A DNA stretch of 64,000 bases from Polyangiaceae bacterium (GTDB taxonomy: Bacteria; Myxococcota_A; Polyangia; Polyangiales; Polyangiaceae). A program made the translations under genes and the position numbers. The stretch spans positions 68,361 to 132,360 of the forward strand of contig JASGIX010000072.1 in assembly GCA_049840955.1 (NCBI GenBank), read 5' to 3'. Shown in pieces: positions 46,864-56,477 of the stretch (position 1 is the first letter of the stretch; each line of letters starts with the position of its first letter). Under the pieces are notes generated by a model. That model had not been told where the DNA came from. It did no database searches and saw only the letters and a list, made by a program, of their open reading frames with translations.

Positions 46864-47150
46864 CGTATTGTTCCTTTCTGCGAGGGCGGAAACGCCCGTC
46901 CTCGTTCTGGTGTCCCGGCGGATACGCCCGTCGGAACTCGGTCAAGATAGCGCCGAGTCCCCGGCGTGGAAAGCGAACCTTTGCGCGTCGGTGGTGGCCC
47001 AGGGGCCAAGATTGGCCGTTTTTATTGTCGGTCCGGCGCGCAAACGGACTCGTTCGCGTCCGTCGCGGCGCGGCTGCGTCGCGGATTTCGTCGATGCTCG
47101 TTGAGGAGTCGTTGGCGCGAACGTCGAGCTGTGGTTTGTCAATCCGCACC

Positions 47151-47688
47151 ATGACTGAGTTTCCGTTCAGCCCGAAGCCCCAAGGGCCGTTCACGCTCGA
47201 GCCGATCGGTTGGGTGCGTTCTCCGTATCAGCGGAGGTTTGGAACGCCGCAGCAGGCGACCGCTCGGGATTCGGACGAGGAGGCCGTGCTCGAGCTCGAT
47301 CCCGAGCGCATCCCGGAGGTCGCACTCTCCGATCTCGTCGGCTTCGAATCGGATCTGGGTGCTCAGCTTTTTGCATCGCGGGGGCACGTGGTCGGCCACC
47401 GTTCAACCTCCGCGTGGCCCGCGTCTCCGTCGCAGCCTATTCGCGACGCGTTCGCCCGATCGACCCAATCCCCTGGGGCTTTCTGCGGTACGACTGGTGC
47501 GCATCGAGGGAACGAATTTGCACGTACGAGGCATCGATCTGCTCGAAGGAACGCCGATCCTCGATATCAAACCCTATGTGCCCTATGCCGATGCCTTTGC
47601 CGACGCGAAGGCGGGTTGGATCGACGCCATTCCCTTCGAATCCCCTCAGGTGCTCCGCTACGATCCCGAGGAACGCGACGATGAGTGA
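47151..47688 (+). CDS. trmO: tRNA (N6-threonylcarbamoyladenosine-N6)-methyltransferase TrmO/TsaA family, frameshifted as assembled near 47350
   Basis: N-terminal frame: FTLEPIGWVRSPYQRRFGTPQQA...LSDLVGFE. Second frame: IWVLSFLHR...VQPPRG...SLFATRSPDRPNPLGLSAVRLVRIEGTNLHVRGIDLLEGTPILDIKPYVPY. Confidence 0.75.
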
Positions 47689-47690
47689 GC

Positions 47691-47754
47691 GTGAACGAGT
47701 GGCGGCGTGAACGAGTGGCGGCGTGAACGAGTGGCGGCGTGAACGAGCGGCGGC
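47691..47754. repeat. 16-bp tandem repeat x4 (GTGAACGAGTGGCGGC)
   Basis: Read directly. It starts 3 nt after the trmO stop codon. The last unit has one substitution. Confidence 0.9.
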
Positions 47755-47844
47755 GTTGCCGGCCGCACGAGGCGCGACGTGATCACCTGGATGATTCTCG
47801 GGCATTCCCAAGGTTGAAGCCCTTTTGTTACCCAGGAGTTCCAA

Positions 47845-49249
47845 GTGCGTACTCTCCCGCTGCAATTCTTCGCTCTGACGGTCGTTCTCGGTCTATTCGG
47901 CTGCAATGGAGATGATTCGGGACCTATGGAATCTACTGGCGGTTCGACTCCCTTCGGTGGGAGCAGTGGAACCACGCCGATGAGCTTCGGGGGAAGCACG
48001 AGCAGCTCCGTCATACTCAGAGGAGGTGCCTCGAGCACTGCTGGCGGAAAGACTTCAACTGGCGGAAGTGTTGCGTCGGGCGGAAGCGTTGCAACGGGTG
48101 GATCCGTCGCGACCACTGGCGGCGCCACGTCGACGGTCGGCGGTTCTGGCTCGAAGGGCGGCGACACGGCCAAGGGTGGAACCACTGCGCGAGGCGGCAG
48201 CACGGCAAGGGGCGGAAGTTCCGCCACTGGCGGCACAACGTCGACCAAAGGCGGCTCGACGAGCAAGGGCGGCACCACTTCGACGGGAGGAACGTCTTCC
48301 ACGGGTGGCACCTCTTCGGCTGGAGGGACATCTTCGATTGGTGGTTCCTCGGCCACGGGCGGTGGCGCTCCCATCAAGAAGTTCGTCGGCAACATCACGA
48401 CGAACAACTCGGTCGATACGAATGGTCTTAATTACGCCAAGTACTGGGATCAGCATCACCCCGGAAAACGCCGGCAAATGGGGTTCCGTACAATCATCGG
48501 CGGGTTCCGCATTCAATTGGTCGACCCTCGATTCCATCTACAGCTACACGCAGAAGAACGGCATCATCTTCAAGCAGCACGTCTTCGTGTGGGGACAGCA
48601 ACAGCCCTCGGGTAGTTTGACCGAAAGCCACGTAAAGACGTGGATGAAGGAATTCTGTAAGCGCTTTCCGCAGACGAAGCTCATTGACGTAGTAAACGAG
48701 CCACCGCCGCACACGACGCCTTCGTACGCCGATGCCATTGGTGGTGGAACCAACGGTAGCTGGCAGTGGATCACCAATGCTTTCAAGTGGGCGCGCGAAG
48801 CTTGCCCGGATGCAATTCTGATCTTGAACGACTACAACAACATCGAATGGACGAACGACAATCAGCACTTCATCGATATCGTAAAGACGATCAAAAAGGC
48901 TGGTGCGCCCATCGATGCAGTGGGCGCTCAAGCGCATGATCTCGATCACGCCCAGGTCACGACGGCGACGATGAAGCAGCTACTCGCGAAGCTGAACACC
49001 GACACGGGTCTTCCCGTCTACATCACGGAGTACGACATCAGCACGTCGGACGACAACGCCCAACTCGCGAAGTACAAGGAACAGGTTCCGTTCTTCCTAG
49101 AGACCAGCTACATCAAGGGCGTCACGATTTGGGGCTGGATTTACGGCACCACCTGGAGCCAAGCGCCCGACAGCGGGCTCGTCCGGAACGGCAAATCTCG
49201 ACCTGCCATGACGTGGCTCATGCAGCAGCTGGGACGCACCGCGCCGTAA
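47845..49249 (+). CDS. Lipoprotein glycoside hydrolase, family 10-like (endo-beta-1,4-xylanase-like), with a long Gly/Ser/Thr linker. Frameshifted as assembled near 48455.
   Basis: AGGAG RBS 7 nt before the GTG at 47845. Signal plus lipobox: ALTVVLGLFGC. The linker is about 140 aa of GGS/T repeats. The catalytic domain reads ITPENAGKWGSVQ...FKQHVFVWGQQQP...LIDVVNEPP...VYITEYDIS, with the two catalytic Glu contexts of clan GH-A/GH10. Confidence 0.7.
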
Positions 49250-49259
49250 GAACGCGGCT

Positions 49260-49880
49260 CTACTTCGTGACGTTTCGCGAGTGATACGCTCGAATCGTCG
49301 CATCGACTCGGGTTGCGCAGCGCTGGTGTTTACCTGCTGCCAACCCGACGTGCTCACTCCATTGCCGCTGGCAGCGAATGCGCATCCAGGCGTAGACTTC
49401 TGAGTAGAACTTCAACATCTGCGCCATTGAAGCCGCGAATCCCCTGCGGCGAGACAATGATCCTACGATAGGCCGACTGCGCACCTATTGTGGCCGTGAC
49501 ACGATTCGACGACGGGAACTGGTCCGACGCCGGCTGCGGGTGCTTTCCTTCTGCGCTCGCACTTCATCAATAGAAGGCCACGTCCGTGCGCCACGTGGGA
49601 GCCCGCAATTGACGCAACGTCGTGGGCTCCATACTAAGGCGAAATACGGCACTCTCCACCCACCATATGTAAATGGCTTTCCACAACGCGGACAAGGGAC
49701 TCTATCGAGGCGTTCATGGGAGACGCTCATGCCTGCGATGCCGAGCACCATGGCCAAAGGTCCCCATGGTTGACGATGCGTTGTGCCGCAGCCAAGCATC
49801 CCGATTAACGACCCTGCTTTGAACGACCAACAGAGAAGCTCACGCAGTGTCAGTCGACGCCAAAGCTCATCGGTTGTCAT
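49260..49880 (-). pseudogene. Single reading frame of 206 codons interrupted by one TAG (49485-49487). It encodes a hypothetical TM plus zinc-ribbon protein.
   Basis: The track ORFs 49485-49880 and 49260-49484 are contiguous and in the same frame. The sequence includes VPCPRCGKPF...RRCVNCGLP. It lies in DNA of about 50% G+C, where long open frames are less expected by chance. No family recognised. Confidence 0.3.
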
Positions 49881-50686
49881 GACGATCTCTTCCGCCAGTG
49901 GCTTGATGTTCGTTTCAATTCAGCTCGACGCGTTCTTGTCCCAACCTAGCCAGCTCCACTTTTGATATCCGACAGTCTCCCGAATTTGTGCGCTTGCTGT
50001 CCGGAGCCGTCTTTGGCTCGATATGGCTTGGAGGGATTGGCAGTTCACGAGCCCGCATCCGGAGTCGTCGTACGCGATTCCTGTTTCCGTCGGGAAACCT
50101 CACTTCTCAACATCTCCACCAACGGCACTAGAATATCATCATCGAGTCCACCCAACCAAACTGAATGCCGCAGCAACGAACAACGCGCAGGTACTCCAGC
50201 GTCGATCACCGTACGCGGTTATGCGCAAGACCCCTTCACGTCTTTCGGCTTCAATCCTCATTGGTTACTTATTTGCTTCAATTGTGAGATCAGAAGTGCG
50301 GCAAGATGCGACACTGAAGCTCGAGAGCCAACCCACTTCGCCAAGCACCATGTTCGCTTAGCCAACCGTGCTGTCCGCTTCTGCCTGGCGTATCCCTTTC
50401 CAGCCACACATCAGAGTTCTCGCCCACGCGCCAAGTGTTCACGTACCACTTGCCTTTTCCACCTCCTCCAGGTGCCGGCACTGACATTTCTACAATACCA
50501 AGACAACGAGATTGATCCCGCGTCTGGCCTTATCATCAGGGTGCCCATTGGGCCGAGCGAGGGCGCACACGTGCGGCTCAGCAGAGGTGCGTGCCGCGAA
50601 AGCACACCATTTCGCTCGCAGACATAACACTAAACCGGTGCGTATACGCGAAAGCACTGGCAATGAGGGACGCTTCGTTCCGGAAT

Positions 50687-51370
50687 TCACGTCGATTCGA
50701 TTGTCGCCTTCACTTCATTGCAATCGAAACACAGAAACACACAGATGACACCCGCGTCAGCGATGCAGAAGTCGTCGTTTATTGAATCTAGCTGACCGTA
50801 AAAGGTCATTTTCTCTCCGCAATCTGGACAACGCGGCCAACGATTATCGTCAACTTCGGGCTGTGGCTTTCCGCCAAGCAAATGGCGGGTACCTACCTCC
50901 TCAGCTGCCCAACGAAACTTTGGCAAACATCGAGCTTCGTCGGTTTGAGGTTGCGCTTGGAGTTTGAAAGACGGGATCTCGCGCATCGCTTGCTCCGTGG
51001 GCTTTAGAAACTGATCTATGTCCAATCCCCTCGATGAGAAGAAGCGTCTGAACTGTTGCGGAAAAACATGGTGCTTCACGAGCTGTGTCGCAACAGGCAG
51101 CCCTTTCGGAACCATTCTCCCTGCGCCTTACGTGCCGACGAAGACTGCGGTCTGAAGTGCCTTTTGCCCCTCAGACATTTGGTCCACTCCAGGGTCTCCA
51201 GAATCGAGCAGTATCCCATTCGCACTTCCGCAGCCGAAAATCGCACAAACCGCACCCTCCATTAGGAAAGCCCCCGCTCCCAAAAGTAGCTTTTTAACGG
51301 TTGGCGATGATTTCGGAGCGTTAGCTCGAGGCCCAGATTCCCCGCTCGATTCTCCGCTTGCCGGCTGCAC
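50687..51370 (-). pseudogene. Single reading frame of 227 codons interrupted by one TAA (51128-51130). It comprises a lipoprotein signal, an HH-motif segment and a Cys4 zinc-ribbon-like C-terminal domain.
   Basis: The track ORFs 51128-51370 and 50687-51115 are in the same frame. Signal: KKLLLGAGAFLMEGAVCAIFGC (lipobox). After the stop: LVKHHVFPQQFRRFFSSRGLDIDQF. C-terminus: WPRCPDCGEKMTFYGQLDS...VFLCFDCN. Confidence 0.3.
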
Positions 51371-51500
51371 TGTCCCAGAATTCTCGGCGGGGCCACGCCA
51401 CGCGACGTTCCGTACCGCACGCGCTCACCCCCAGAATGCGCACGCCACGCGCGCACTCGCGGCCCCTCCTTCCGCGAAAGTGCGCGCGTCGTGGCTTCAC

Positions 51501-54329
51501 TCAGCGGACGATCTCGTAGTGCATCGTCTGGTGAGCAGCGTCGAGAGCCAAGGTGATCTTGCCGCCATCGACGGTCACTGGGATCTCCGCCTTTCGCACG
51601 CCCGAGGCCGCGAGCGGGAAGCAATGCACGGCACTTGGGACGTCGGTCTTGCCGGCAGAGATTGCCACCTTGCCCACGATGGGTTCGACCAACACCGGAC
51701 TGTGTCCGACATTGGCGAATCCGCTCCGGTTCGAGGTCAAGGTCATGTCGGTGTTCACGGCGTTGCCCAGAGCCGTGACGAGCAGACGTTTGGACGTGGC
51801 GATGGGATCATCCGTCAGTGAGGTAACGATGAGCACACCGAATGCATTCGACAACTCGAACTGGGTCTGACCGAGGACGACGGGCTTGTCCGTGGTGAAG
51901 GTAATGACGCCCTGAGTGCGCGGCGTGTCGACTTCGAATCGGCCCAATGCAGAGTCGTGACGCAACTCGCCGGTGGTGGAGGTCACCTTCGTGCCTTGGA
52001 TGTATTTGGCGCGCAGTGCGGCCAGTGCGTCCGCGGATTGGCCCGAGCCAAACTCGATGCCCGTTCGTGCGATGAGGCTCAGCTGTTTCGGCGGCGTCAT
52101 GGTTGCGGCAGGTTCGTATCCAGCCGCACGATCGTAGCCAAAGTACGCAGGGACATCCGAGGAACGGACGTCGCCACGGTGAAAGAGCGCGGAAACCGCG
52201 GGCCATGCGCCGAGCTCCGTCGGCTGTTCGATGACGTCGAAGTTGCCCGCCAGTGTCTCGATGCCGTCGACTCGCTTGGCGACATCGTGACTGAACGCGA
52301 ACTGGATCGGACTGAACCCTTGCAGAGACGCGTAAGCGCCGACCAGTAGGAGACCTTCGTGCCGATAGTCGTTCGGCGCCGCCGTTTGCCACTCGCTCGT
52401 CGAATACGGAAGACCCTTCACGCGCCGTCGCCCCAAAGATCCGATGATCCCGAGTTCGGGATCCTTCACCATCGGTGAATTGTCCCAGGTGACGGTCGGT
52501 AAGTATCCCCAGCCGCCACTGGGATGCGCCCAGTAAGCATGGCGATCCACGAATCCGAACTCGGCGTTTACCGCGAGATCGAGGGGATGTTCGGTCCAGT
52601 GATTACTTCCCGTGTAGAGCCCCTGATAGCCCAGCTTGCGCAGGTGCTTCTCGAGACGTTGGTGATACGACCGGGTCAGATCGTAATAAAAGTGGAGTAC
52701 GTCGCGAGCGCGAGCTGCGGTTAGCTCCTTTTCTGAACCTTTGCCCGTTGCGGCGAAGGCATCCACGTTGCCCTTTGCTGGATCTTCGCTCGCGTCGAGC
52801 CCCTTTCCGGTTCCTGCCCAGCGTTTTTCGAGTGTCGCGCGATCCTTGACGCCTTGCTTGGTGAGCCACGTCGAGAACTGCCGATTCAATTCCGCTCGAC
52901 TCTCGGGGGTCTTGAGGGAAAACTCCCCGTCCGGCATCAACCAGAACAGGCTGTCTTCGTTGATCCCCTCCACCATCACCACCGCGGGATCCTTCGCGTA
53001 AACGCGCCCGGTGTGTGCGTTCTTGCGCCCCATGAACTGAGTGATGAAGCGCTCCTCGAGCTCGATGAGCTTTGGATCGAATTCACCCTCGGTCTTGAGT
53101 CCCGCCGCCAGCTTGTCGGCGTTACGAACGCCATCCTTCTCGGTCAACTTGCGGTGAACGAGCATGTCGAAGAACTGATAGATCCCACGCTTCTGCAGCT
53201 GGGCGATCAGGTAATCGAAACGCTCCATGGCGACCGGATCGAGCTCGAGGGTGCTCGGCTTGTTACCAAAGACGTTGGGCGTCGACCAAGCCGCGTCCAT
53301 GTGATGGTGGCGCGTGATATTGACGCCCATTTGGCTGAGCGTCAGCGCAAGCTTGTCCGCTTCCTCGTGGGTTGGGAAATTGGCAGAGGCGACGATGTTT
53401 ACCCCGAAGAAGCGAGCGGCCTTCCCGTCGCGGAAAACGAACGTTTCACCCTTGGCGCCGAGCGGCCCGTGCTTGCCGGCGGGCGCGTCGAGCAAGTAAC
53501 TCATGTCGAGCGCCGTGCCGCTGCGCTGTTTTGGATCGAAACCGTGGTAGGGAAACCAGGTCTTCGTGTCGTAAGCAAACGGTCGATCGACGACGACTTG
53601 GGGCGAAAGGACGACATCGTCGAACCAAACGTCGAAGGGTTGCTCGGCGGCCGTAGGCGACAGCTGGATGAACTCGACGTCGTTCAGACCGAAGGGAATG
53701 GGTTTGCCCCAGCCCAGCTGATGAAAGGAGGAGAGAGGGACCTGCATCTCGGTCCACTCCTTGGGCGCCGTGAACTCGTACCTGAAGTGGTCGTAATCCG
53801 TCACGGATTTGCGCACGAGGGTGATCGCGTAACGCCCGCCGTCACCCTTGACGTGAAAGCGAATGCTTGAAAATCCGCTCAAGTCCTCGGCCTTCTTCGA
53901 GCGGTTGAGGAAAACCTGGAGCTGCACCCAAGACCACGGCGCTCGACTCGCTCCGAGCGTTCCCCAAATGTGCGCCGCGCTCCCCGGTGACTTGGGACTG
54001 CCACCCTTTGCGAGAACGAAGGGCTTTGGGTTGGCTACGGTTCCGAGGGGGTTCTTGTCGAACTCGTACCAGAATCCGCCGGAACGACCGTTGGCCGACT
54101 CGAAGTCCTCCACCACACGCTCGACGACAGGAACTGTTTCTACTGGCTTCGTTGTCGTGCCAGAAGGTTGCGGCGCGACACAGGGCGCAGGCACCGAGGA
54201 TTGGCATGGACAACATGCCGATAGGAACAGGAGACTGCCGATGGAGCTCGGAAGCCGAACATCACGAAATAGGGAGCGACCGATCATGGGCAGAAAGGAT
54301 AGGCCCACCTTCGACGCGCCGTAAAGCAA
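51501..54329 (-). CDS. Secreted or lipoprotein glycoside-hydrolase-like protein (N-terminal CIA30/CBM11-like domain plus TIM-barrel GH-A-like domain). The likely start is the ATG at 54287.
   Basis: The start at 54287 gives MIGRSLFRDVRLPSSIGSLLFLSAC (lipobox). The CBM-like segment reads EDFESANGRSGGFWYEFDKN...IRFHVKGDGGRYAITL...FDVWFDDVVL. The core segment reads FFGVNIVASANFPTHEEADKLALTLSQMGVNITRHHHMDAAW. The exact GH family is undetermined. Confidence 0.6.
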   Translation of the reverse strand: MLYGASKVGLSFLPMIGRSLFRDVRLPSSIGSLLFLSACCPCQSSVPAPCVAPQPSGTTTKPVETVPVVERVVEDFESANGRSGGFWYEFDKNPLGTVANPKPFVLAKGGSPKSPGSAAHIWGTLGASRAPWSWVQLQVFLNRSKKAEDLSGFSSIRFHVKGDGGRYAITLVRKSVTDYDHFRYEFTAPKEWTEMQVPLSSFHQLGWGKPIPFGLNDVEFIQLSPTAAEQPFDVWFDDVVLSPQVVVDRPFAYDTKTWFPYHGFDPKQRSGTALDMSYLLDAPAGKHGPLGAKGETFVFRDGKAARFFGVNIVASANFPTHEEADKLALTLSQMGVNITRHHHMDAAWSTPNVFGNKPSTLELDPVAMERFDYLIAQLQKRGIYQFFDMLVHRKLTEKDGVRNADKLAAGLKTEGEFDPKLIELEERFITQFMGRKNAHTGRVYAKDPAVVMVEGINEDSLFWLMPDGEFSLKTPESRAELNRQFSTWLTKQGVKDRATLEKRWAGTGKGLDASEDPAKGNVDAFAATGKGSEKELTAARARDVLHFYYDLTRSYHQRLEKHLRKLGYQGLYTGSNHWTEHPLDLAVNAEFGFVDRHAYWAHPSGGWGYLPTVTWDNSPMVKDPELGIIGSLGRRRVKGLPYSTSEWQTAAPNDYRHEGLLLVGAYASLQGFSPIQFAFSHDVAKRVDGIETLAGNFDVIEQPTELGAWPAVSALFHRGDVRSSDVPAYFGYDRAAGYEPAATMTPPKQLSLIARTGIEFGSGQSADALAALRAKYIQGTKVTSTTGELRHDSALGRFEVDTPRTQGVITFTTDKPVVLGQTQFELSNAFGVLIVTSLTDDPIATSKRLLVTALGNAVNTDMTLTSNRSGFANVGHSPVLVEPIVGKVAISAGKTDVPSAVHCFPLAASGVRKAEIPVTVDGGKITLALDAAHQTMHYEIVR

Positions 54330-56398
54330 TGGAGTGCCGCGCGTGTGGAAGGCGCGACGGATGCCTGACGAGATCGATCCCGAGTCTCAGAAATAGCGCA
54401 AAAAGCGCCCAGTTGCAGAGAAGATGCTGGATTTCCAGGTTGGCGAGCTCGAGTGTGAGCACGATGGTCAGCGCCACGTATCCGAAGAGCCACGCCCGCA
54501 ACCAGCGCCGGGAAAGCAGCGTCGGCACGAGGAGCGCAAGCCAGGTGTAATCGTAGGAGGTCACGTCCTGCAGAACGTAAATGAGCGGGGCAGCAGCCAG
54601 AATGACCTCCCACGCTCGCCCCCGACGAATGGCCACCCACGCGACGAGGCCAAGCGACACGAGCCCAGCCGCGATCCGAAATGGAAAGTGCGCCGCCTTG
54701 GCCATCTTGACCTGAGCGCGCCAAACCTCGGTTGGATCGGTCAACCGTGGGTCTTCGAGAGACGAGCCAAAACGATCGGGCCCCACCGCAAACAAGATTG
54801 GCAGCCCCAGACGATTGCCTCCCGGGGTAGCCGCATGTCGTTCGAAGACGTGCGCGAAGGAGTGAAATGCGTCCGTTCCAACGGAAGAGAGTGCCACACC
54901 CGTCGAAAGTACGACGGCAAGTGCACTCCCAGCGACGGCAGCACGAAGCCCGGAGCGGTGCCGCCGATCTCTCGACGCTCTCACCAGGTGGTACGTCAAA
55001 TACCCCATCAGCAACAGGAAGGGAAGAGATCCGATGTAGCCCGGAAAGCGTGAGAGCAACGGCCGCAAGCACGGGGCGCTCCCGACGTGCAGCAGACAAT
55101 CCCAAGGCCGCCCACGCCAGCCACACGTGCCGCCCCAAGCTCCCGCCCACCCACGGGTACCCCCAGTGAGCCCCTGTCGAGAGCACGAGCGCGAACAGCA
55201 GCGCGCCCAGTCCCCCAAAGCCCCAATAGATCGCCAGGGTCGCGAGCAGGAGGGCAAGACTGTCGAGCTGCGCGAGCGCCAAGAGACTGCCATGACCCGC
55301 GCTGACGTGTAACGTGAAGGCACGCAGAAATGCCGTATGAAAGGGCGTCGCGTTATAGCCGTGATCCACGAGCGCACGGGACATCGGCACCTGCCCGCGC
55401 AAGATCTCGCGAAACGCGGTTACGTCCGTTTTGAATTCGGACCACTTTTCGGGCGAGAATTGGCCGTGGCAGGCGCCGGCGGGTGTGTCGAGCCAGCTCG
55501 AATGCCAGATCCGATTGTCTGCCAGATCGCGAACGAGCCCCCCTTGGTATTCGCTTCCGTGACCGAGCTCCCGTTCCGCCTTGTAGATGCACGGGTAAAG
55601 CTCGAAGTATCCCACGGAGCGGAAGTACTTCGAACCCATGAAGTAATGGAACGAGTCCGTACCGTGAATCGCACTGACCCCGTTGAATCCGCCGAACTGG
55701 ATCCAAGCCAAGGCCGATAGCGAGAGCCCGCACACGAGGCCCAAGTGGCGTCCTCGCGTTCGCAGGCGCGGAAACGCCCAAAAGGCAAGTAGCGGAAGGA
55801 GGCCGAGCATGACGAGCTTTGCGCTGTATGCCGAGATGGTTCGCCGAGTCGCCGTCGGTGTGTCGATGTTCTGGTGAACCCTACGCGGGGACTTCGCTCG
55901 CTCCTCTTCGGAACAGAAGGCCCGCAATTCCGAAACGGAGTAAATCCCGTCGCCACCTTCACCTCGAAGGCGCAAGTACCTCACCTCGACGTTTGGTACG
56001 GATAGGGTTCGCGTGAAGAGTCCCATGCTCGACGACGGCGGCACTCGCTCGAGAAGCGTCCATTCACCGACCGTCGTCGCACCTTCCAAAAGATAGGAGT
56101 CGTTACCGTCCGCTTGGAGCTCGAATACACCGAGGTGACGGGATGCACCGAGGTCCCAGACCAATTCGCCGTCAGCGGAGACGAAGCGTGCCGCGTCGGG
56201 GTGATCGAAGGGCATGCCGTCCAACGTGAACCACTCGTCCGTGACTCGTTCGACATGCTCGACGCGACGGTTCGTTTGCAGTCGCGCCTCGGTCAGGTAA
56301 TTCCCGCCAACGCAGGCGGGAGACGCGAAGGCAACCGAGCTCGCGAGAATGAACGACAGCAGAACGAGGAAACGTAGCCAGTGGAGTGATGCGAACAT
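54262..56398 (-). CDS. Polytopic membrane protein with an N-terminal discoidin-like extracytoplasmic domain, frameshifted as assembled near 55040
   Basis: Signal: MFASLHWLRFLVLLSFILASSVAFA. Discoidin-like segment: LVWDLGASRHLGVFELQADGNDSYLLEG...VEVRYLRLRGEGGDGIYSVSELRAF. At least 10 hydrophobic helices continue across two colinear frames. Confidence 0.6.
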
Positions 56399-56416
56399 GC
56401 CGTCTCGAGCCCAGAA

Positions 56417-56438
56417 GCCCCTACGAAGTCGTAGGGGC
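56417..56438 (-). terminator. Hairpin downstream of the pentad-repeat lipoprotein gene (possible terminator)
   Basis: GCCCCTACG-AAGT-CGTAGGGGC, a 9-bp stem. The T-tract is weak on the minus strand (TTCTGG); the plus strand has TTTCCCC. Confidence 0.35.
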
Positions 56439-56477
56439 TTTCCCCGTCAATCGCAAGCTCGACGCGCGAGACGCACG

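Noticed and set aside
46864-47150. Possible thrS leader regulatory element (operator mimic or T-box) in the divergent thrS/trmO intergenic region
   Set aside because: A small hairpin (GGGCG-TTTC-CGCCC) lies just upstream of the RBS. I could not recognise a T-box specifier/antiterminator, or an anticodon-like loop, with any confidence. It is not reportable without covariance-model search.
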